The notes under the pieces are model-generated. The model was not told the DNA's origin. It did no database searches and saw only the letters and a list, made by a program, of their open reading frames with translations. Positions 40,510 to 57,291 of a DNA stretch of 63,364 nt are shown in pieces. The DNA comes from Opitutaceae bacterium (GTDB lineage Bacteria; Verrucomicrobiota; Verrucomicrobiia; Opitutales; Opitutaceae): the NCBI GenBank assembly GCA_041746615.1, contig JBGTGS010000271.1, positions 1-63,364 on the forward strand, read 5' to 3'. How positions within the stretch are numbered: position 1 is the first letter of the stretch; every line of letters starts with the position of its first letter. The translations under genes and the position numbers were made by a program.

Positions 40510-40893
40510 TTACTTCTTGGCCTCTTTCGGGCGCTTGACACCATACTTGGAACGGCTCCGGCGGCGCTTTTCGACGCCGGTGGCGTCAAGGGCTCCGCGA
40601 ACGATGTGGTAACGAACACCGGGAAGATCCTTCACACGACCGCCCCGGACGAGCACGATGGAATGCTCCTGAAGGTTGTGCCCTTCGTCAGGGATGTAGG
40701 AAATGACTTCGTTACCATTGGTCAGGCGAACCTTGGCCACCTTGCGGATGGCTGAGTTAGGCTTTTTCGGAGTGCGGGTCATGACCTGCACGCAAACACC
40801 ACGGCGAAACGGGTTCCCCGACAGCGCCGGCGACTTGGACTTCGCCTTGATCTGACGACGGCCCTTGCGCACGAGTTGGTTGATGGTCGGCAT
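40510..40893 (-). CDS. rpsL: 30S ribosomal protein S12
   Basis: [13 protein letters not shown]...PKKPNSA.RK...; 127 aa. Confidence 0.97.
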   Translation of the reverse strand: MPTINQLVRKGRRQIKAKSKSPALSGNPFRRGVCVQVMTRTPKKPNSAIRKVAKVRLTNGNEVISYIPDEGHNLQEHSIVLVRGGRVKDLPGVRYHIVRGALDATGVEKRRRSRSKYGVKRPKEAKK

Positions 40894-41155
40894 ACGGAAT
40901 TAAGGATGAAAATTTGGGAAAAGAGGAGAAAAGTGAGGAAGCCCCAAATGCGCGGCAAGCACTTTCTGGAGAAAACATAACTATTCGCGAAATCAGCGGT
41001 TCAAACGCCGGACTTCGCGTCAGAGAGCGTTGATCAGCCTGTGCTGGAAACGCAGAGATGATGCGAGCAATGGGAACCCGCGACGTTCACGGTCGTGCAG
41101 CGGAACACAAGCAATTTCATCATCCACATCACTTCACGGCCTGACAACGCACGGG

Positions 41156-41187
41156 CAAAAAAAACGCCCGGCCACGAGGGCCGGGCG
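41156..41187 (-). terminator. strong Rho-independent terminator in the DUF3817-rpsL gap
   Basis: 9-bp GC stem cgcccggcc/ggccgggcg (41165-41173 / 41179-41187) with a 5-nt loop, followed on the minus strand by U8 (A-run 41157-41164). Confidence 0.85.
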
Positions 41188-41251
41188 ATAATGGCGAGGA
41201 GCTAAGCTCTACACGTCATTTGGCGGGAGGAATTGGACTATCACGCAGGCA

Positions 41252-41267
41252 GCTTGTCATGACAAGC
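41252..41267. promoter_or_regulatory. perfect 16-bp palindrome GCTTGTCATGACAAGC (candidate dimeric regulator operator)
   Basis: I verified by hand that the sequence equals its own reverse complement. It lies in a low-GC non-coding tract. Confidence 0.4.
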
Positions 41268-41499
41268 GGGAGTTATTCACAATTAACTCACAACTCCGGC
41301 CTATCCGTTTCGCACAATTTCGAAAGCATCCCTGCTTTTTTCCTATGATCCTATATTACAACAAGATCCGAGTTGTCCTTTTCCCGGGGGCAACTTGGGC
41401 GCTCCCCCTTTCACGCGGAAGGGCGGCTTTCAGGTCAAGACGCATGCCGTGCCCGAACAATTTAGAGGTGTTGGAGCACCCTCTTTAGGCATGGCCCCA

Positions 41500-41805
41500 T
41501 CAAGGCCTCAATTTCTTGAGCAGCAGCTTTGAATCCAAATAGAACGGTCCAAAAGGAAGCAGGCTTGCGACCATGACAACCAGCGTACGACGCCAAGTCC
41601 ATCGATACTCCTGCATCGCCATAAAGGCAGCCCAGACGTAAAGTAGAAACAGGATGCCGTGAGCCATCCCCACGATCCGCACCGCCTCGGGACGATCCGC
41701 AAGGTATTTGAGCGGCATGGCCACCCCCAGCAGCAGAATAAAGGATATCCCCTCCAGGAATCCTATGATACGGAGTCGGCCAAGAACTGTCTGGAGCAAA
41801 CGCAT
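41500..41805 (-). CDS. DUF3817-family integral membrane protein
   Basis: 101 aa; ...FLEGISFILLLGVAMPLKY...GMAHGILFLLYVW...LLPFGPFYLD... matches my memory of the DUF3817 pattern. Two overlapping alternative-frame ORFs were rejected. Confidence 0.8.
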   Translation of the reverse strand: MRLLQTVLGRLRIIGFLEGISFILLLGVAMPLKYLADRPEAVRIVGMAHGILFLLYVWAAFMAMQEYRWTWRRTLVVMVASLLPFGPFYLDSKLLLKKLRP

Positions 41806-41833
41806 GGAGGGGATTGAAGAAGGAAATCACGTC

Positions 41834-44095
41834 CTATTTCAAGACCTCGAAGAGACTCGCATAATCATCGGTCCAAAGCCGCACATCTGCAGCCTTGCCA
41901 CTGGGTGCAGTGCGTTCGTCAGCAATTTCCGGTCGCTCCATAAACTCCAGATTGCCGCTTAACAGGATCCAAGTTGTACGGTACACCCACCAGTCCTCCG
42001 GGTCTTCATCCATAATCGTCGCAATCTCCAAACCGAAATGCTCCGCGACATTCTCTATCACAGGTTGGAGATCGAGGTAGCGGTTGGAAATGTGGACCGC
42101 GATGACGCCCCCCGGCGCGAGGCAATCGAGATAGGTCGAGAACGCCTCGGTGGTGAGTAAATGGACCGGAATCGCATCACTGCTGAATGCATCCAAGGCC
42201 AGCAAATCAAAGCGGTGGACCTCCCCCGCCCTGAGTTCCTGTTCCATGGACAATCGCGCGTCGCCCATGACAACGTCAATTTCCGCTTCCGAAATATTCA
42301 GATAGGTAAAATGATTCCGGGCGAGCTTCTCAACGGCAGGATTAATCTCATAGATGCGCAGGTTGTCACCGGGCTCGCCATAAGTTGCCAGCGAGCCAGT
42401 ACCAAGGCCCACCAGGCCAATCCGCCGGCCCCCGGCCCGCTCCAGTTGCCGGAGGGCCCTTCCCACCCCGCTGCTCTCACCATAGTAGGTGGTCGGAAAT
42501 GCCGCGAGAACCGGGTCAGTAAATTGCATGCCGTGCGTGATGCCTCCGTGTACCATGGTGTGGTAGGTGGTGAGGGGATTCGATGCGTTGTATTGGACCA
42601 CCTTGAGCATGCCGTAAAAATTGCGGGAAGCGGTCAGTACATAGCGATTGGACTGGCTGAACTGGTGCATCATCAGGATGCCGAGACCCAAGGTCAGCAA
42701 CATCACGAATCCCCCCATGCGCGGCGCCCACTCGCGAAGCATGAGCCGCCTGTGGTCACCGAAACATACCAGCAGGGCCACCAGACCGATGACGGCTGCC
42801 TTCCAGTGGATGCGGTGAAAATCCCAAAACTCTCCGGCCCACAAAACCGGCATGCGCAGCAACCCCTCTGAAAAAACCTCCTCCCGCAGGAACGGCAGGA
42901 GCAAGCCACCCGCGATCAGCCCTGCGGCGGCTCCATACGCGATCGGCCGGCTTTCATCCCGCAGGCAGAGATAGCCGGTGAGATAGCAAAGCAGCCAGAA
43001 TCCGATCTGGAGTTCGACATAGTGGCTGAAGACCAGCGGCGCGACCAACGCCACCAGTATCCCACCCAAGGCACCACCAGCCGCAATCATCAGGTAATAA
43101 CCCGTCAGATGATCGGTCGCAGGTTTCAGACGATAAAGCTCTCCATGGCAGACCATGCAGGCGATGAACATTGCTGATGCGTAACCGGAAATTTGCAGCA
43201 GCAATGGTGCGCCGTGTCCGGCAAAAAGCAGATGGCAGACCACCACTGCCGCCAGCGCCAGCAGACCGCTGAACAAACCGCGTTGATACCAACGCGAATG
43301 ATCAAAACAGAGGATGAAACTGAGTAGGTACAGACTCAGCGGGAGCACCCAGAGGAAGGGGACCACGGCCACATCCTGGCAAAGCTTGGTCGTTGTTGCG
43401 ATCAGCAGCACCGATGCTGTCATCGGCAGCACCAGCCACATGAAGCGATCCATGGGCAGTGGCTTCACCACGGCCCCTCGAGGCTCCGACAGAGGGTTCT
43501 CCTTCCCGATCGACGAGTGGGTCCACAACCGAAATGCGCAGTACGCGCAAACCAGCACAAAAATGCAGAGTCCGACGGACCACATGACCGCTTGCTGCTG
43601 GCGGCTGAATGAGGATTCCACGTAAAACGGATAACTGATCAGGGCGAGCAACGAGCCAATGTTGGACAACGCATACAGACGGTACGGAGAACGCCCAGGG
43701 TGGGTCAGGCTGAACCACTTTTGGATGAGCGGTCCGGTGGATGAGAGGACAAAGTAAGGCAGGCCCAGGCTGGCCGCCAGTAACAGAAGGATGCGGCCTA
43801 CGGGATCTCCGCCGTTGGATGGCTGCCAGCTTTCAGAGGGTGTGATGGGCAGAAAGGCCACCGCCAGGATCAACAAGCCCACATGCACCATCACCTGGTG
43901 TCTTTGCTTCAGGTAGGTGGAAGTGATGTGCGCATACGCATAACCGGCGAGCAACAGCACCTGGAAGAAGAGCATGCAGGTTGTCCAGACTCCGGGACTG
44001 CCGCCAAACCAGGGCAGGATGTATTTGCCGATGATCGGCTGAACTTGGAACAGCAGGAAGGCTCCTGTAAAAATCGTCAGGGCAAACGGCAGCAT
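41834..44095 (-). CDS. fused polytopic membrane domain / spermidine-synthase-like (class I methyltransferase fold) protein
   Basis: 753 aa. About 480 N-terminal residues consist of repeated hydrophobic helices. The C-terminal region has GLVGLGTGSLATYG (Gly-rich motif I), FDLLALDAFSSDAIPVHLLTTEAF and GGVIAVH. Confidence 0.8.
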   Translation of the reverse strand: MLPFALTIFTGAFLLFQVQPIIGKYILPWFGGSPGVWTTCMLFFQVLLLAGYAYAHITSTYLKQRHQVMVHVGLLILAVAFLPITPSESWQPSNGGDPVGRILLLLAASLGLPYFVLSSTGPLIQKWFSLTHPGRSPYRLYALSNIGSLLALISYPFYVESSFSRQQQAVMWSVGLCIFVLVCAYCAFRLWTHSSIGKENPLSEPRGAVVKPLPMDRFMWLVLPMTASVLLIATTTKLCQDVAVVPFLWVLPLSLYLLSFILCFDHSRWYQRGLFSGLLALAAVVVCHLLFAGHGAPLLLQISGYASAMFIACMVCHGELYRLKPATDHLTGYYLMIAAGGALGGILVALVAPLVFSHYVELQIGFWLLCYLTGYLCLRDESRPIAYGAAAGLIAGGLLLPFLREEVFSEGLLRMPVLWAGEFWDFHRIHWKAAVIGLVALLVCFGDHRRLMLREWAPRMGGFVMLLTLGLGILMMHQFSQSNRYVLTASRNFYGMLKVVQYNASNPLTTYHTMVHGGITHGMQFTDPVLAAFPTTYYGESSGVGRALRQLERAGGRRIGLVGLGTGSLATYGEPGDNLRIYEINPAVEKLARNHFTYLNISEAEIDVVMGDARLSMEQELRAGEVHRFDLLALDAFSSDAIPVHLLTTEAFSTYLDCLAPGGVIAVHISNRYLDLQPVIENVAEHFGLEIATIMDEDPEDWWVYRTTWILLSGNLEFMERPEIADERTAPSGKAADVRLWTDDYASLFEVLK

Positions 44096-44308
44096 GCGGA
44101 TGATTTAATCGCGTGGAATGATGGGGCAGAAATCACTTCGTCGGGATCCAAATGGGCCGCCGGAAGAAGGCTGACCGCAGCCAGGGTTGTCTATAGTCAG
44201 CTCCCAAGAGAACCTGCCCCGCCGGAAGCGCAACCCTGCATCTCATTCATTCCAAACAACCAGCCATGCTCCGCGGAAACGCCTGCAGTCCCATTGTCAC
44301 GGGCCGAC

Positions 44309-44345
44309 AAAAAAAAGCCGCAGGCGGAAATCCGCCCGCGGCTTT
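44309..44345 (-). terminator. Rho-independent terminator after rpoC
   Basis: 12-bp stem agccgcaggcgg/ccgcccgcggct with 1 mismatch and a 4-nt loop, followed on the minus strand by U8 (A-run 44309-44316). It starts 25 nt after the rpoC stop. Confidence 0.85.
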
Positions 44346-44368
44346 GAAATCAGTCCGGTTCCGATACC

Positions 44369-48511
<4,143 letters not shown>

Positions 48512-48532
48512 CGGTTTGATTCCCTGGGTACG

Positions 48533-52375
<3,843 letters not shown>

Positions 52376-52489
52376 GTGTATATCCCGGTTGAGTGAAGGA
52401 AAGGGCGCAGGAAAGCGCGAAAATCAGGCCTCCAACGACCGGGCGGTGGCACGGTCGCTAAAGGATGAAAAGGACGAAAAAGAACGGTT

Positions 52490-52534
52490 AGGAGAAAAGG
52501 CAAAGGACAGGCCGTGAGATGACACGGCCTGTCC
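52490..52534 (-). terminator. rplL-rpoB intergenic attenuator / terminator hairpin
   Basis: Perfect 12-bp stem ggacaggccgtg/cacggcctgtcc (52505-52516 / 52523-52534), followed on the minus strand by uuugccuuuucucc. It lies 42 nt after the rplL stop. Confidence 0.7.
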
Positions 52535-52576
52535 TGAAGATTCCGGGCGTTGTGCGTGTAGGTTCGCCAAGCGCGA

Positions 52577-52954
52577 TTACTTGAGTTCGACCGTGGCTCC
52601 AGCGGCCTCGAGCTTCTTCTTGATTTCCTCGGCATCGGCCTTGGAAGCGCCCTCTTTGACGGGCTTCGGGGCGCCCTCGACCAGATCCTTGGCCTCCTTG
52701 AGGCCGAGGCCGGTGATGGCACGGACTTCCTTGATGACGCCGATCTTGTTGGATCCGGCGGCGGCGAGGATGACATTGAACTCGGTCTGCTCTTCGGCAG
52801 GTGCGGCGGCGGCGGCGCCAGGAGCGGCGGCGACAACGGCGGCGGCGGCGGAAACGCCCCACTTGGCCTCGAGGTCCTTGACGAGGGCGGCGAGTTCGAG
52901 GATCGGCTGGCTCGACAGCCACTCGATGACTTGGTCTTTGGTGATGTTGCTCAT
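52577..52954 (-). CDS. rplL: 50S ribosomal protein L7/L12
   Basis: [29 protein letters not shown]..., an Ala/Pro hinge, then ...[10 protein letters not shown].... Confidence 0.97.
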   Translation of the reverse strand: MSNITKDQVIEWLSSQPILELAALVKDLEAKWGVSAAAAVVAAAPGAAAAAPAEEQTEFNVILAAAGSNKIGVIKEVRAITGLGLKEAKDLVEGAPKPVKEGASKADAEEIKKKLEAAGATVELK

Positions 52955-53106
52955 AATGATCTCCTGCTCCGGACTAGCGGTCCGCGGATGCGGCGCGTTT
53001 AAGGGACGTATCCCCTAGACTGGAGCGTTTGATGGTTGGGCATTCTGCGGGTTGCGGCGGTAAAGCCGGTTTCCCGTAAAAAATGGAATGGGTTGTGGTG
53101 GATGGT

Positions 53107-53595
53107 TCAGGCGGCCTCTCCGGCCGCCTTGATCTTGGCATCGAGCACGCGGACGAATGCGGCCCCATGCTCGGTAAGAAGGCTGAGGAACTGCGCACGC
53201 AGGACGTCGAAGGACGGGAGATCGGCGATCACGGCCAGTTCGGCGGCGCTCATGACCTTCCGTTCGAGAATACCGACCTTGACCTCAAGCTTCTGCTTCT
53301 CCTCGACGAACTTCTTGAGAATCTTGGCGACACCGGCGGGATTGGCCCCGCCGACCACAATGGCCGTCTGCCCGGCCAGGGACCCGTCCACCTCGGGCAG
53401 GCCGAGGGCCTTCGCCGCGACGCGGAACGAGCTGTTCTTGACGACGTGGAACTCAGCCTTCTCGGGCTCCAGCCGGGCGCGAAGCTCGGCCACGTCGGCC
53501 ACGGTGACCTTCGAGAAATTGGTGAGGATGACGTAATCGGACTTGTTGAGGTGGGATTCGACCTCGCTGATCAGATATTGTTTTTCGGCTCTCAT
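53107..53595 (-). CDS. rplJ: 50S ribosomal protein L10
   Basis: 162 aa; position between rplA and rplL; ...VILTNFSKVTVADVAELR.... Confidence 0.92.
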   Translation of the reverse strand: MRAEKQYLISEVESHLNKSDYVILTNFSKVTVADVAELRARLEPEKAEFHVVKNSSFRVAAKALGLPEVDGSLAGQTAIVVGGANPAGVAKILKKFVEEKQKLEVKVGILERKVMSAAELAVIADLPSFDVLRAQFLSLLTEHGAAFVRVLDAKIKAAGEAA

Positions 53596-53608
53596 GGTGC
53601 GGCCTCGT

Positions 53609-54301
53609 TTAATATTTGCTGTATTCGGTCGAGGCGATCCGCAGGCCGGGGCTCATGCTGGAGGAAATCGCGACGGTTTTGATGTAATTGCCCTTGAAGG
53701 AGGACGGACGGACCTTGCCAACGGCGTCGATCACGGCCTGGGCATTCTCAAGAAGCTGGGCGGGAGTGAAGGAACGCTTGCCGACGCCAACCCCGATGTT
53801 GCAGCTCTTGTCCATCTTGAACTCTACGCGGCCGGCCTTGACGGCCTTGATGCCGGCGACGATGTCGTCGGTGACAGTGCCGCTCTTCGGGTTGGGCATC
53901 AGGCCTTTGGGACCGAGAATGCGGGCGAGGGTGCGGACCTGCTTCATGGCATCGGTCGTCGCGATGGCGACGTCAAAGTCGAGCCAGCCCTCGGTGACCT
54001 TTTGCATCATGTCCTGCAGACCGGCGGCATCCGCACCGGCGGCCAGGGCCTCCTCCGGATTGTCGGTGAAGACGAGGACGCGCACCTTCTTGCCAGAGCC
54101 ATTGGGCAACGGCGTGGTGCCGCGCACCATCTGGTCGCCCTGGGTCGGATCGACCCCGAGGCGGATGGAAAGCTCGACGGTTTCGTCGAACTTGGCTGGA
54201 GGGAACTTCGCAAGGATTTCCACCGCCTCGGCGAGCGGGTAGTCCTTGGTGAGATCAGCGGCCTTGACGGCGCTTTGGTAGCGTTTGCTGCGTTTTTCCA
54301 T
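53609..54301 (-). CDS. rplA: 50S ribosomal protein L1
   Basis: MEKRSKRYQSAVKAADLTKDYPLAEAVEIL...; 230 aa. Confidence 0.96.
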   Translation of the reverse strand: MEKRSKRYQSAVKAADLTKDYPLAEAVEILAKFPPAKFDETVELSIRLGVDPTQGDQMVRGTTPLPNGSGKKVRVLVFTDNPEEALAAGADAAGLQDMMQKVTEGWLDFDVAIATTDAMKQVRTLARILGPKGLMPNPKSGTVTDDIVAGIKAVKAGRVEFKMDKSCNIGVGVGKRSFTPAQLLENAQAVIDAVGKVRPSSFKGNYIKTVAISSSMSPGLRIASTEYSKY

Positions 54302-54372
54302 TTGCGACTCCTTGCGGTACGTACGTCCCGGAGGACTCCCGCGGTGAGTTGATGCGGTTGCGGATAAATAGT

Positions 54373-54798
54373 TCAGTCGATGACTTCGATGCCCATGTTT
54401 CGGGCGGTCCCGGCGATGACCTTGATGCCGGCGGCCTCATCCTTGGCATTGAGATCGGCCTTCTTGAGCTTGTAGATTTCAGCCAGTTGCTTGGTGGTGA
54501 CCTTGCCCACCTTGTCCTGATTCGGCCGGGCCGAGCCGGCGGCGATGTTGGCGGCCTTCTTAAGCAGGACCGCCGCGGGCGGGGACTTGAGTATGAAAGT
54601 GAAAGACTTGTCGGAGAAAACCGTGATGACGACCGGCAGGATCATGCCGTTCTGGTCCTTGGTCTTCGCGTTGAATTCTTTGCAGAACGCCATGATATTG
54701 ACGCCCTGCGCGCCGAGCGCGGGACCGACCGGCGGCGCCGGATTGGCGGCGCCTGCCGGGAGTTGAAGGCGGATGTAACCTTGGATCTTCTTGGCCAT
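54373..54798 (-). CDS. rplK: 50S ribosomal protein L11
   Basis: [29 protein letters not shown]... Confidence 0.97.
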   Translation of the reverse strand: MAKKIQGYIRLQLPAGAANPAPPVGPALGAQGVNIMAFCKEFNAKTKDQNGMILPVVITVFSDKSFTFILKSPPAAVLLKKAANIAAGSARPNQDKVGKVTTKQLAEIYKLKKADLNAKDEAAGIKVIAGTARNMGIEVID

Positions 54799-54899
54799 GG
54801 GAAACGGTGTGGATTAGGGACTTATGATGGGTGATCTGAGTCTGATTTCGATGCCAGAGAGGCGGCTTGGAATCATAAATCGCGATCGTCAGTCGTAAA

Positions 54900-55502
54900 T
54901 TATTCAGTGATGCGCTGGACCTGCCAGTATTCGAGTTCGACCGGGGTGAAGCGGCCAAAAATGGAGACGGAAATCTTGAGCTTGCCGCGGTCGGGATCGA
55001 TTTCGTCGATCCGGCCGGTAAGATTGGCGAAGGCGCCGTCGGTGACCTTGACCTCCTCGCCGACCTCGTAGGAAACCTTCGGCACTTCCTTGCCGCTTGC
55101 AGCCTCGATCCGGGCCTTGATCTCCTCGATCTCGGCCGGCCGGAGGGCTGCGGGATTCTCGCCACCGACAAAGCCGATCACTCCGCTGGTCTCCTTGACG
55201 AAATACCAGGGCTTGTTGATGAGCTTCTTCTCCTCGTCATACAGGCGCATCTGGATGAAGACATAACCCGGATAAAGCTTGCGCACCTTGGTGCTCTTCT
55301 TGCCGGCCTTGACCTCGGAAACTACCTCGGTGGGAAGAAGGACTTCGAAGATGTAATCCTCGAGTTCCTCGGGCTTCTTGAACTTCTCGATGTAATTCCT
55401 GACCTTGCCCTCCTGGCCGGAAAGCGTGTGCAGCGCAAACCACTGGGCGCCGGCGGGAACGGATGTTGAGGTGGTGGACATGGTGCGGCTCAAAGGACCC
55501 AT
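54900..55502 (-). CDS. nusG: transcription termination/antitermination factor NusG
   Basis: ...QWFALHTLSGQEGKVRNYIE... NGN domain and a C-terminal KOW (EVGEEVKVTDGAFANLTGRIDEI). The start is either 55502 (13-nt overlap with secE) or 55481. Confidence 0.93.
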   Translation of the reverse strand: MGPLSRTMSTTSTSVPAGAQWFALHTLSGQEGKVRNYIEKFKKPEELEDYIFEVLLPTEVVSEVKAGKKSTKVRKLYPGYVFIQMRLYDEEKKLINKPWYFVKETSGVIGFVGGENPAALRPAEIEEIKARIEAASGKEVPKVSYEVGEEVKVTDGAFANLTGRIDEIDPDRGKLKISVSIFGRFTPVELEYWQVQRITE

Positions 55503-55693
55503 GAAGTGATCCAGTCGACTACCTGATACAGCGCAAAATCGCTGATGCTGGTAAATATCCCGAGGATGGCGGCAGCAATAATGACCACGACGGTGGAATC
55601 GCGCAGCTCACTGCGCGTCGGCCAGGTGGCTTTTTGAAGTTCTCCGATCATTTCACCGACGAAGATACGGGTGCTGCGGAACGGGTTTTTCAT
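55490..55693 (-). CDS. secE: preprotein translocase subunit SecE
   Basis: The Met at 55693 gives MKNPFRSTRIFVGEMIGELQKATWPTRSEL... with a single C-terminal TM (67 aa). The track ORF 55490..55849 runs through tRNA-Trp and is over-extended. Confidence 0.9.
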   Translation of the reverse strand: MKNPFRSTRIFVGEMIGELQKATWPTRSELRDSTVVVIIAAAILGIFTSISDFALYQVVDWITSWVL

Positions 55694-55706
55694 CTCTGGA
55701 AAATGC

Positions 55707-55782
55707 TGGCAGGCGCGGAGGGAATCGAACCCCCAACCAACGGTTTTGGAGACCGCTACTCTACCAATTGAGCTACGCGCCT
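55707..55782 (-). tRNA. tRNA-Trp (anticodon CCA), CCA end encoded
   Basis: I hand-folded the cloverleaf: acceptor AGGCGCG/CGCGCCU, D-stem GCUC/GAGU, anticodon stem-loop GCGGU-CUCCAAA-ACCGU, T-arm GGGGG-UUCGAUU-CCCUC. It sits in the classic position between tuf and secE. Confidence 0.93.
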
Positions 55783-55864
55783 GGGTGAAGGGATTATTTA
55801 GACGACACAGCCGAGGCCCCGGAAACGAGGCCTCGGCGGGTGGTGGCAAACGCAGATTGCTGAA

Positions 55865-57055
<1,191 letters not shown>

Positions 57056-57119
57056 TGTGGGTGTGGGACGTTTGTTTGTGGGTGAGATGCTGAAATGGGT
57101 TTTTATGACTTGCACGCCC

Positions 57120-57195
57120 TGGAGCCCAGAACCGGACTTGAACCGGCGACCTCGTCCTTACCAAGGACGTGCTCTGCCAACTGAGCTATCTGGGC
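57120..57195 (-). tRNA. tRNA-Thr (anticodon GGU), CCA end encoded
   Basis: I hand-folded it: acceptor GCCCAGA/UCUGGGC, D-arm GCUC-AGUUGGCA-GAGC, anticodon stem-loop CGUCC-UUGGUAA-GGACG, T-arm GCCGG-UUCAAGU-CCGGU. It lies upstream of tuf. Confidence 0.93.
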
Positions 57196-57291
57196 ACACA
57201 AAGGAATGGGTCAAAAAACGAGAAAAGAGCGTCGAACGTGAAGGGCCGATTTTGGCCCGTCAACTGCAAACTTGGCAGTTAACGCAAAATC

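Noticed and set aside
41462-41830. 122-aa and 64-aa alternative-frame minus-strand ORFs overlapping the DUF3817 gene.
   Set aside because: Only the 41500..41805 frame gives a coherent multi-TM protein matching the DUF3817 pattern.
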